Shown piece after piece: positions 10,277 through 19,330 of a DNA stretch of 38,362 bases (position 1 is its first letter; each line of letters starts with the position of its first letter). The position numbers were made by a program, and so were the translations under genes. A model generated the notes under the pieces. That model ran no database searches and was not told the origin of the DNA. It was given only the letters and a program-made list of their open reading frames with translations. This DNA comes from Alteromonas sp. (GTDB lineage: Bacteria; Pseudomonadota; Gammaproteobacteria; Enterobacterales; Alteromonadaceae), in the NCBI GenBank assembly GCA_052032275.1, contig JBPEWW010000042.1:1-38362 (forward strand), given 5' to 3'.

Positions 10277-11533
10277 TTACGAATAGACCGGGAATTTAGC
10301 GCACAGCTCGATAACTTCCTGCTTCACACGTGCTTCTACAGCTTCGTCGCCCAGGTTATCCAACACGTCACACATCCACGCGGCTACCTGTTCGGCTTCC
10401 GCTTCCTTGAACCCACGACGCGTGATCGCCGGGCTGCCAATACGCAGACCACTGGTCACAAACGGTGAACGGGGATCATTCGGCACTGAGTTTTTATTCA
10501 CCGTAATGTTAGCGCGGCCCAGGGCGGCGTCGGCATCCTTCCCCGTGATGTCTTTGTCGATCAGATCGAGCAGGAACAGATGGTTTTCGGTGCCGTTCGA
10601 CACTACCTTGTAACCGCGCTGTTGCAAGACTGCCACCATGGCCTTGGCATTTTTTACTACCTGCTGCTGGTACGCTTTAAATTCTGGTTGCAGGGCTTCC
10701 TTGAATGCTACCGCTTTTGCGGCAATTACATGACAAAGCGGACCGCCCTGATTACCCGGGAATACCGAGCTGTTTAATTTCTTATAAATGGTTTCATCAC
10801 CACAAGCGGACAGGATCAGACCACTACGGGGACCTGCCAGCGTTTTGTGTGTGGTGGTAGTAACAACATGGGCATGGGGTAACGGGTTAGGATAAACTCC
10901 TGCTGCGATCAGACCCGCCACATGCGCCATATCGACCAGCAAATACGCCCCGACTTTATCGGCAATTGCGCGGAAGCGTTGCCAGTCAACCACACCGGAG
11001 TAGGCAGAGAAACCACCGATAATCATTTTCGGCTTGTGCTCTTCGGCCAGCGCTTCAACCTGTTCGTAATCAATTTCGCCGGTTTCGTGATTCAAACCGT
11101 ACTGTACGGCATTGTAGGTTTTCCCTGAGAAGTTCACATGCGAGCCGTGAGTCAGGTGGCCGCCTTCTGATAAGCTCATGCCCAGCACGGTATCACCGGC
11201 ATCAAGCAGTGCCATAAATACAGCGGAGTTGGCTTGCGAACCTGAGTGAGGCTGAACGTTTGCATAGTCGGCACCAAACAACTGCTTGGCACGATCAATG
11301 GCCAGCTGCTCAACCACATCGACATGCTCACAGCCACCGTAATAGCGCTTGCCCGGATAGCCTTCGGCATATTTGTTGGTCAACTGAGACCCCTGTGCCT
11401 CCATAACCCGGGGACTGCAGTAGTTTTCAGACGCAATCAGCTCAATATGCTCTTCCTGACGGGTGACTTCTTTGGCCATGGCGTCGGCCAGTTCGGGATC
11501 AAAATCAGCTATGTTCGATTCGCGAGGTAACAT
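10277..11533 (-). CDS. glyA: Serine hydroxymethyltransferase
   Basis: [31 protein letters not shown] lysine motif. Confidence 0.99.
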   Translation of the reverse strand: MLPRESNIADFDPELADAMAKEVTRQEEHIELIASENYCSPRVMEAQGSQLTNKYAEGYPGKRYYGGCEHVDVVEQLAIDRAKQLFGADYANVQPHSGSQANSAVFMALLDAGDTVLGMSLSEGGHLTHGSHVNFSGKTYNAVQYGLNHETGEIDYEQVEALAEEHKPKMIIGGFSAYSGVVDWQRFRAIADKVGAYLLVDMAHVAGLIAAGVYPNPLPHAHVVTTTTHKTLAGPRSGLILSACGDETIYKKLNSSVFPGNQGGPLCHVIAAKAVAFKEALQPEFKAYQQQVVKNAKAMVAVLQQRGYKVVSNGTENHLFLLDLIDKDITGKDADAALGRANITVNKNSVPNDPRSPFVTSGLRIGSPAITRRGFKEAEAEQVAAWMCDVLDNLGDEAVEARVKQEVIELCAKFPVYS

Positions 11534-11702
11534 GGAGGCTCCTTAACTGCGGTTAATATGGCAATAGCGAACGCATATTCTAGTCATTTTGGCCGCTATG
11601 TATACCGCTTTGTGGCGCTTTTATAAGTGAGTGGGGTGGATGGCGAGGTTGACAGCCCGACGGACGCTTTCGCCATAGGGGAAAGGTAAGCGCCTGCGGA
11701 CG

Positions 11703-11742
11703 CGCCCGGCTGTGCTGCGCGTTCACAGCGCTCAGCCGGGCG
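11703..11742. other. GC-rich inverted repeat just downstream of lpxD (possible terminator or stabilising hairpin)
   Basis: CGCCCGGCTG...CAGCCGGGCG 10-bp arms; no U-run on the lpxD strand. Confidence 0.45.
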
Positions 11743-11748
11743 GGTACT

Positions 11749-12780
11749 TTACTGCCGGGCTTTTTCCAGTTGTTTCACTCTGTCATACAGGCTGTCGATC
11801 TGCCGCAAGCGTATGGCATTTTTACGCCAGTCGCGGTTTGGCATAGCCGGCTGCCCTGATGAATAAACGCCTGGCTCGGTAATATCCTGCACAATCATGG
11901 TGTAGCCGGTCACCTGCACATTATCGCAAATGGCTATATGGCCGTTGATACCGACACCGCCGCCGATAATGACATACTTACCGATATGACAGCTGCCGGC
12001 GATACCGGTCGCCCCGCAGATACAGGAATGATCGCCAATGATACAGTTGTGGCCAATCTGCACCTGATTATCCACAATCACATTTTTGCCAATGATAGTG
12101 TCTTCCATCGCGCCGCGATCGATGGTACTGCTGGCGCCTATCTGGCTGTCGTCGCCTATCTGTACAGACCCTGTCTGGGGGATCGGCAACCAGGTGCCCT
12201 GGTCGTTTGCATAGCCAAATCCCGCAGCGCCAATCACAGTCTGGCTGTGCACAGTAACCCGCTTGCCAATTCTTACGTCAGGGTAAACCGTTACGTTCGG
12301 ATGGATGACACTGCCTTCCAGAATATGGGCACCTTGTCGGATAACCGAGTTCGCCCCAATGACCACGTTGTCGCCCAGCACCACATTGTCTTCAATGATC
12401 ACATGTTCACCGAGCGCAACATTGCTGCCCAGTTTCGCCGAGCTGGCCACCACGGCACTGGCCGCACGGCCTTCGGCCACTGCCGGTGTCGTGTCAAATA
12501 ACTGTGCGATCCGCGCAAAGGCGGCATGCGGATTGGCCACGACCAGGGCGTTACCGGTGACATCATTACGCATTTTGTCATGCACGATCACCGCGCCGGC
12601 CTCAGTCGTCGCCAGCTGAGGTTTATATTTGGTGTTAGTTAAAAAAGAGATCTGTTGCCGTGTGGCACCGGCTAACGTGCCCACACCGGATAACGTCACT
12701 GACGCATCCCCAATGATGTCGCCGTGGACATGGTCAGCCAGCTCCTGCAAAGAATAAACGCGTGTACCCACTGTCGTCAT
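11749..12780 (-). CDS. lpxD: UDP-3-O-(3-hydroxyacyl)glucosamine N-acyltransferase LpxD, stand-alone copy
   Basis: N-terminal uridine-binding domain (ISFLTN.KY), hexapeptide repeats, [28 protein letters not shown] catalytic His, [10 protein letters not shown]. Confidence 0.95.
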   Translation of the reverse strand: [343 protein letters not shown]

Positions 12781-13059
12781 AAGACTGTCCTACAATTTTC
12801 ACAATGTGTTGAATGCTACTGCATTTTTTCGCAGCCGTCCTGTGTGAGGGGATAAATTCTCAGCCGGGAAACCCTTATTGGCGAAACAACCGTCATTTTA
12901 GCCGGTCTGCCAACCCATTGTCCGGACAGCGGCACGGCCGGCATCGCCCCGTGTGAGCCTGGTTGGTGGGATTATCACCGAAGAGCGTGGTCTGCCCCCT
13001 AGCCTAACCGGGCCGATTGGGCGTACAATACGGCCTTTATTTTCGGGCAAGGACACGAT

Positions 13060-14730
13060 ATGTCACAGTACGTATACAGTATGCACCGGGTAGGTAAGAT
13101 TGTTCCGCCTAACCGCTTCATACTTAAAGATATTTCTCTAAGCTTTTTCCCAGGCGCGAAAATCGGCGTACTGGGTCTGAATGGTGCCGGTAAATCAACA
13201 TTACTCCGTATCATGGCGGGCGTTGACACAGAAATTGAAGGTGAGGCCCGCCCCCAGCCGGGTATCAACATCGGGTATCTGCCACAGGAGCCCCAGCTGG
13301 ACGAAAGCAAAGATGTGCGCGGTAATATTGAAGAAGCCGTTGCCGATGTTGCCCATGCATTGACCCGCCTTGATGAAGTGTATGCGGCGTACGCCGACCC
13401 GGACGCCGACTTCGATGCGCTGGCCAAAGAACAGGGTGAACTGGAAGCCATCATTCAGGCAAAAGACGGTCACAATCTGGAAAATGCCCTGGAGCGTGCG
13501 GCAGATGCACTGCGCCTGCCCGCCTGGGATGCCGATGTGTCTAAGTTGTCCGGGGGCGAACGCCGCCGTGTTGCACTGTGCCGGCTGTTGCTGGAAAAGC
13601 CCGACATGCTGCTGTTAGATGAACCGACTAACCACCTGGATGCCGAGTCAGTGGCCTGGCTGGAGCGTTTTCTGCACGACTATGAAGGCACCGTGGTAGC
13701 CATTACCCACGACCGGTACTTCCTTGATAATGTAGCCGGCTGGATCCTCGAACTGGATCGTGGTCAGGGTATACCGTGGGAAGGTAACTATTCTTCCTGG
13801 CTGGAGCAAAAAGAGAAGCGCCTGGAGCAGGAAGAACGTAGCGAGTCTGCCCGCCAGAAATCGATCAAGCAGGAGCTTGAATGGGTACGCTCAAATCCGA
13901 AAGGACGTCATGCCAAAAGTAAGGCACGGATGGCGCGGTTCGAAGAGCTGTCTACCGGTGATTATCAGAAACGGAATGAAACCAACGAGCTGTTTATTCC
14001 ACCCGGTGAACGCCTGGGTGACAAAGTTATCGAAGTAGAAAACCTGACCAAGTCCTATGGCGATCGCATGCTCATTGATGACCTGTCGTTTAAGGTACCC
14101 AAGGGCGCGATTGTGGGAATTATTGGGCCTAACGGTGCAGGTAAGTCGACCCTGTTTAAAATGATCAGCGGCACCGAACAGCCCGACTCCGGCACGATTG
14201 ACGTGGGCGATAGCGTCCATATCGCCAGTGTCGATCAGTTCCGTGATCACATGAACGAAAATAACACGGTGTGGAAAGAGATTTCTGATGATCAGGACAT
14301 CATCCGCATTGGTAACTTTGAGATTAACAGCCGGGCGTATTGCAGCCGCTTTAATTTTAAAGGCAATGATCAGCAAAAATACATTAAGGATCTGTCCGGG
14401 GGTGAACGTAACCGCGTGCACCTGGCCAAGCTGCTGAAAGCCGGTGGCAACGTACTGCTGCTCGATGAGCCAACCAATGATTTGGATGTCGAGACACTGC
14501 GGGCGCTGGAAAACGCGTTGTTGGAATTCCCTGGCTGCGCCATGGTGATTTCGCACGATCGCTGGTTCCTTGACCGTGTGGCCACGCACATTCTGGATTA
14601 TCGGGACGAGGGTAAGGTGAACTTCTTCGAAGGTAACTACCACGATTACGAAGCCTGGCTGAAGCAGGAGTTTGGCCAGGATGTGGTCGAGCCCCACCGC
14701 CTGAAATACAAACGCATGACCAAGAAGTAA
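13060..14730 (+). CDS. ettA: Energy-dependent translational throttle ABC-F protein
   Basis: ILKDISLSFFPGAKIGVLGLNGAGKS; two ABC domains joined by the ELEWVR..PKGRHAKSKAR linker; 556 aa. Confidence 0.97.
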   Translation: MSQYVYSMHRVGKIVPPNRFILKDISLSFFPGAKIGVLGLNGAGKSTLLRIMAGVDTEIEGEARPQPGINIGYLPQEPQLDESKDVRGNIEEAVADVAHALTRLDEVYAAYADPDADFDALAKEQGELEAIIQAKDGHNLENALERAADALRLPAWDADVSKLSGGERRRVALCRLLLEKPDMLLLDEPTNHLDAESVAWLERFLHDYEGTVVAITHDRYFLDNVAGWILELDRGQGIPWEGNYSSWLEQKEKRLEQEERSESARQKSIKQELEWVRSNPKGRHAKSKARMARFEELSTGDYQKRNETNELFIPPGERLGDKVIEVENLTKSYGDRMLIDDLSFKVPKGAIVGIIGPNGAGKSTLFKMISGTEQPDSGTIDVGDSVHIASVDQFRDHMNENNTVWKEISDDQDIIRIGNFEINSRAYCSRFNFKGNDQQKYIKDLSGGERNRVHLAKLLKAGGNVLLLDEPTNDLDVETLRALENALLEFPGCAMVISHDRWFLDRVATHILDYRDEGKVNFFEGNYHDYEAWLKQEFGQDVVEPHRLKYKRMTKK

Positions 14731-14736
14731 TACAGG

Positions 14737-14761
14737 AAAGCCGGGGTTACCCGGCTTTTTT
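14737..14761 (+). terminator. Intrinsic terminator of ettA
   Basis: AAAGCCGGG-GTTA-CCCGGCTTTTTT, 6 nt after the stop. Confidence 0.9.
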
Positions 14762-14808
14762 ATGTCTTTCTTTAAATTTGATGACACCGGCAGCTGAATA
14801 AATACTCA

Positions 14809-14837
14809 TTGACCTGGGTTGCCGTTACCGCTTTAAT
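14809..14837 (+). promoter_or_regulatory. Putative sigma70 promoter of the small PilZ gene
   Basis: TTGACC-N17-TTTAAT, after the ettA terminator and upstream of an AGGAG SD. Confidence 0.5.
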
Positions 14838-14864
14838 TTCCAGATAGTCTGGCAGGAGAACAGC

Positions 14865-15287
14865 ATGACAGATAAACGGCAATTCCAGCGGGTACCGTTA
14901 CAGGTGGCAGCCAGTCTGCGTCACCAGCATACTACTGTGCCGGTCATGGCCGAGGATGTGTCACTGCGGGGGATCCGCTTAAGCGCCACGGAACAGGATT
15001 TGGCAGCCCTGCCCTTCGACAGCCACGACCCGTATGAAGTCTCGTTTAAAGCGAACCAGGACAGCCCGGCCATCACCATGCAGCTCGAACAGTTATACCG
15101 CCAGTCTGATCCCCGCTCGCCGCGCACTTACCTGGGATGCAAGGTGGCCCATATCCCCCTGGAGAGTATCAGTGCATTACGCCGCCTGATTATGCTAAAT
15201 AGCGCCAGCAACGCAATCAGCGAGCAGGATCTGGATGCGCTCATTGATGCTATCTATTCCAATGCATCGAGCGCTTCGGACAACTGA
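14865..15287 (+). CDS. Single-domain PilZ protein (c-di-GMP receptor candidate)
   Basis: RQFQR (RxxxR) and DVSLRG (DxSxxG) motifs; AGGAG SD; 3' end overlaps radA by 34 nt. Confidence 0.85.
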   Translation: MTDKRQFQRVPLQVAASLRHQHTTVPVMAEDVSLRGIRLSATEQDLAALPFDSHDPYEVSFKANQDSPAITMQLEQLYRQSDPRSPRTYLGCKVAHIPLESISALRRLIMLNSASNAISEQDLDALIDAIYSNASSASDN

Positions 15288-16621
15288 GAAACCGGCACTA
15301 TCTGTAATCCCTCTACGCCCTGTTTAGGTGCGTTGGCCTTTGGCACAATGGCCCGTTTAAAGCCGTGCTTGGCGGCCTCCAGAATGCGTTCTGTGCCATT
15401 CGGAACGGGCCTGATTTCACCTGCCAGCCCGACTTCGCCAAACACAATCAGCTCACGGGGAAGCGATCGGTTTCGAAAACTGGAAATAATTGCCAGCAGC
15501 AAGGCCAGATCGGCACTGGTTTCCGCAACCTTAACGCCCCCCACCACATTGACAAACACATCCTGATCGTTCATTTGGACATTGCCGTGGCGATGCAGTA
15601 CAGCCAGCAGCATAGCCAGTCGGTTTTGTTCCAGCCCTACTGTCACGCGACGGGGGTTCGCCATCTGCGAATAATCAACCAGTGCCTGTATTTCCACCAG
15701 CAGCGGCCGTGTCCCCTCCCAGATCACCATGACACTGGACCCGGGTGACTGATGCTCAGAACGGCTCAGAAAAATCGCTGACGGATTCTTCACTTCTTTT
15801 AAGCCCCGCTCGGTCATCGCAAAGACGCCCAGTTCGTTGACCGCACCAAAACGGTTTTTATGGCTGCGCAGGGTGCGGTAGCGCCCGTCACTGTCACCAT
15901 CGAGCATCATTGAACTGTCAATACAGTGCTCCAGGACTTTCGGCCCGGCCAGATTCCCGTCTTTGGTCACATGCCCCACAATAAACATGGAGATATGGTG
16001 TTGCTTAGCAAACCGTGTCAGATATGCGGCGCTTTCCCGCACCTGTGACACACTGCCGGGTGCGGACTGAACATCGGCCACATGCATCACCTGAATGGAG
16101 TCGATGACCATAATGCGCGGCTTATTTTGCAAGGCCAGCTCGCAGATCGTTTCTACATTGGTTTCGGCAAGCATCATTAATTTATCGTCAGGCAGGCCCA
16201 GCCGGCTTGCCCGCATGGCCACCTGCTGTAAAGACTCCTCACCGGTCACATATAACGCACTCTGGTCGGCCGCCATGGTGCACATGACCTGCAGCAACAG
16301 GGTACTTTTTCCGGCCCCGGGAGAACCGCCAATGAGCATGGCAGCGCCAGGCACAATGCCCCCACCCAGCACCCGGTCAAGCTCTTTAAAGCCCGAACTG
16401 AACCGGGGCAGGGCCGCTAGATCAATCGCGTTCAGCCGTTCAATTTTGGCAGCGGTTTGCCCGGCGTAACCTGAATGCGCGGTGCGGACTGACGTTTTCG
16501 CCGGACTGACGACAAACTCACTGATGGTATTCCAGGCCTTACACTCACTGCACTGCCCCTGCCAGCGTGGGAACTCTGCACCACAATCAGAGCACACATA
16601 CGCGGTCTTTCGCTTTGCCAT
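15254..16621 (-). CDS. radA: DNA repair protein RadA/Sms
   Basis: C4 zinc finger CSDCG..WQGQCSEC, GSPGAGKS Walker A, KNRFG motif, Lon-like C-terminus. Confidence 0.98.
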   Translation of the reverse strand: MAKRKTAYVCSDCGAEFPRWQGQCSECKAWNTISEFVVSPAKTSVRTAHSGYAGQTAAKIERLNAIDLAALPRFSSGFKELDRVLGGGIVPGAAMLIGGSPGAGKSTLLLQVMCTMAADQSALYVTGEESLQQVAMRASRLGLPDDKLMMLAETNVETICELALQNKPRIMVIDSIQVMHVADVQSAPGSVSQVRESAAYLTRFAKQHHISMFIVGHVTKDGNLAGPKVLEHCIDSSMMLDGDSDGRYRTLRSHKNRFGAVNELGVFAMTERGLKEVKNPSAIFLSRSEHQSPGSSVMVIWEGTRPLLVEIQALVDYSQMANPRRVTVGLEQNRLAMLLAVLHRHGNVQMNDQDVFVNVVGGVKVAETSADLALLLAIISSFRNRSLPRELIVFGEVGLAGEIRPVPNGTERILEAAKHGFKRAIVPKANAPKQGVEGLQIVPVSQLSEALDALE

Positions 16622-16717
16622 AAAAGGATACTACTTTAACAATGATTACTGGCCCGTAGCTTACCATTTTAAATTTCACACATGCATCCTGACTTCTGGT
16701 AGTATTTCCAAACGGCT

Positions 16718-16745
16718 GTTTAGAAAATGTTTGTCAAGCCGATAA
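16718..16745 (+). promoter_or_regulatory. Putative sigma28 (FliA) promoter of the tandem-PilZ gene
   Basis: Perfect GCCGATAA at 16738-16745; weak -35 GTTTAG at the 14-nt spacing. Confidence 0.5.
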
Positions 16746-16785
16746 CAATAAATAATAACGATATAATAATCATCACGAAAACAAG

Positions 16786-19317
16786 ATGAATCAAGACCTT
16801 CAGCAGTACGCCGACATCATTGAACAACTCAAGCCGATGGTTAATGAGCCTGAGTTCAATCAGATGTTAACGCAGGTTGCCGGTGACCTTCCCAAAGAAA
16901 AACGCTTCCTGATTAAAATGGAAGTCAAACGGCTCGCCCGTCCCTGTATGCGCTCTATTGACCTGCGTGGCCAGGTCGATGGTGATTGTCAGCTTTACCA
17001 GTATAACGGTGTAAAACACTACCTCGATGACATCGCCATAGAGATGTTTGAACAGCAAGTCAGGATATTTGGTCATTACAGTTTTGGCGTTTACGAAGCC
17101 GTTCAGCAAACTGAAAACAATTACCGGGTGATGCGCGACCGCGCCGTATCCAGCGAACAGCAGTCCGCCGCAGGGGAGCAGGCATCAAAACGTGCTCAGA
17201 CCATGGCCCGCTTCAGTGTGCCTGTCGTCAACCTGCTTGATTACAGCCGTCGGGACACTGAACGCATGAATTTTGCGGTAGCGCTGGAAATATTTAACGA
17301 GCGTAACCATTCAATCCGTGGGCTCAGCGTGGACGTATCCACCGAGGGCATCAAAGTTAAACTGAGCAAAGAATCGCTGTTTAAAACAGGCGAAAAAGTG
17401 TTTATCTACTTTCGGGGCCTGGAAGATGAATTTGCCATGGACAAGAAAAATGGCATTGCCTACACGGTTGTGAAAATAGGCCGGAAAAAAGATACTCAGT
17501 ACCTCTCATTGCGCCGTGCCAAAGAGTTTCCCAGCCCGGCATTTGATCAGTTTCTTGAAAGCTTCATTCACGGTAACAAACGGCGCTACAAAGTAAATAT
17601 GGCGAATACCATTGATGCCATTCGCAATAAGTCCTGCGAGCAGTACTTCTCCCCCAGGTGCCCGACCCTGCCGGTCTATATAGACGAAAAGGACGGCGCG
17701 CCCGTGCCCCGTTATGCGATGGCCAATGAGGTGAACCGCGAGATCCTCCATTACTGGAGTGATGAGCAGGACGAGAGTCGTTTAGGCTTTTTAATTAATC
17801 ACAAGCGCCTGACAGCGCTGTTACAAAAAAAAGCCGACCGGCGGGAGATGTTTGTTTACAGCTTTACCCACCTGCAAAATGACAAAGTGTATTTTTATTC
17901 GGCCAGCGCCGATGAACTGGCCGAGCGGGATGTGCTTCGCGGGGCATTTCTGGGTTTTGGTTCGCGTAAAGCCAGTTGGCGCATCTTCAAGCTGACTATC
18001 ACTGACATCAGTCCTGATCAGGCCCATGCGCCGTTATCCATTCCGGACAACGTGAGCAGCAAAATTAAGCGCCAGAACACGCCGCCGGCCCCCCGCCTGA
18101 TGTCCAGACTGAAAAATCTGCGCTATCTGGTCCACATTACTGATGTGACCAGCGATGCCGGGCAGCGTCGCTACAGTGAATATAAATTTAACCGGAACAA
18201 CCTGAGCCACTTACGCGTATTTGGCCACCCCCGCAACCGGGTTCCGCAGGAAATTCCCGTCTTCCGGTTTAAATCCCAGGACAAGCGGCTGGAGTCTCGC
18301 TACCTGCTGCGCTCGAATATTGAGTTGCGTATGCATGCGGACGGCCGCCCTGTAAAAGGGGTCAGTGAAGACATTTCAGTGCACGGCCTGCGACTGGAGC
18401 TTAACGGTGAATTTACCGGCCAGATAGACGACCGGGTGATTATCTCGTTTCCAAAACTCCAGGAAATAACCCGTAAGCACGACGTAATGTCGCTCCACTA
18501 TGATGTGGTACATTTCAATCCGGACCGCAATATCGTGCATTTGAAAAGTGCCTATGGGGAGCCGGGGAAAAGCGCCCGGCACTTCTTCGACGATCTGATT
18601 AAACAAAATCGCAATACCCTGAAAAGTTACCCGGAAGAGGAAGAAGTCCCCGGTATTGGCCACGCCCTGCGCATCATTAATGCCCGCAATGTGATGTCAC
18701 TGTCATTTTTGCTCAGCAAAGACGGGGTACGCTATAAACCGGAGGCCAGTATCATCGGCAAGTACGACGACCGTGTATCAAGACTGGTCAGTCATTTTGC
18801 CGGCAGAGATGAAGTGAACGTTGAGTTTATGTTTCGGGACCGGAACCAGGACTCGCCCTTCGTTCAGCATGGGATAAAGCAGGTAAAAGTAGAAAACCTG
18901 CCCCTTCGCGAAGAAGTCTTTATTGCCTTTGATCCGGCTCAGAAAGATTCGCGGATGGCCATTATCCCACGCTTTGATAACCAGTTTACCTCCGATGACA
19001 CCCGTTATAACTTCATTAAAGAAGCGATGGGACGGGGACAGTTTATTGCACTGCATGTGATGCTGACGACCACCGGTAAACCTGATCTGGATATGTTGCA
19101 GGCGGAATTTAATTACGTCAGCGTATACGCTATCCACCGGGCGAAAGAGCTGGAGGAAAAGTTATGGAGTATTGCAGCATGCTCGCATCTGGTAGACATT
19201 ACTGACGAAGTCATGCTGCGCTATAACTTTGAGCCGTCTGAAATCGCCCGTAACCGCGAAAGTATGGCTCAGCACGCAATAGAACCAAACGGTATTCAGG
19301 CGCTGTTGCGCGCCTGA
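16786..19317 (+). CDS. Large protein with two PilZ domains (radA-serB-linked, Vibrio PlzC-like by position)
   Basis: RDTER...DVSTEG and RLESR...DISVHG give two intact RxxxR/DxSxxG pairs; 843 aa, no obvious TM segment. Confidence 0.85.
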   Translation: MNQDLQQYADIIEQLKPMVNEPEFNQMLTQVAGDLPKEKRFLIKMEVKRLARPCMRSIDLRGQVDGDCQLYQYNGVKHYLDDIAIEMFEQQVRIFGHYSFGVYEAVQQTENNYRVMRDRAVSSEQQSAAGEQASKRAQTMARFSVPVVNLLDYSRRDTERMNFAVALEIFNERNHSIRGLSVDVSTEGIKVKLSKESLFKTGEKVFIYFRGLEDEFAMDKKNGIAYTVVKIGRKKDTQYLSLRRAKEFPSPAFDQFLESFIHGNKRRYKVNMANTIDAIRNKSCEQYFSPRCPTLPVYIDEKDGAPVPRYAMANEVNREILHYWSDEQDESRLGFLINHKRLTALLQKKADRREMFVYSFTHLQNDKVYFYSASADELAERDVLRGAFLGFGSRKASWRIFKLTITDISPDQAHAPLSIPDNVSSKIKRQNTPPAPRLMSRLKNLRYLVHITDVTSDAGQRRYSEYKFNRNNLSHLRVFGHPRNRVPQEIPVFRFKSQDKRLESRYLLRSNIELRMHADGRPVKGVSEDISVHGLRLELNGEFTGQIDDRVIISFPKLQEITRKHDVMSLHYDVVHFNPDRNIVHLKSAYGEPGKSARHFFDDLIKQNRNTLKSYPEEEEVPGIGHALRIINARNVMSLSFLLSKDGVRYKPEASIIGKYDDRVSRLVSHFAGRDEVNVEFMFRDRNQDSPFVQHGIKQVKVENLPLREEVFIAFDPAQKDSRMAIIPRFDNQFTSDDTRYNFIKEAMGRGQFIALHVMLTTTGKPDLDMLQAEFNYVSVYAIHRAKELEEKLWSIAACSHLVDITDEVMLRYNFEPSEIARNRESMAQHAIEPNGIQALLRA

Positions 19318-19330
19318 TTGCTGTGCCCGA

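Noticed and set aside
11534-11748. Possible riboswitch (ZTP/glycine/THF type) upstream of glyA
   Set aside because: No recognisable aptamer consensus by eye, and a TAGAAT -10-like element about 45 nt from the ATG implies a short leader. An Rfam/Infernal scan would settle it.
13891-14787. 298-aa minus-strand ORF antisense to ettA
   Set aside because: Typical antisense shadow from codon bias in a highly expressed gene; crosses the terminator; no domain signal.
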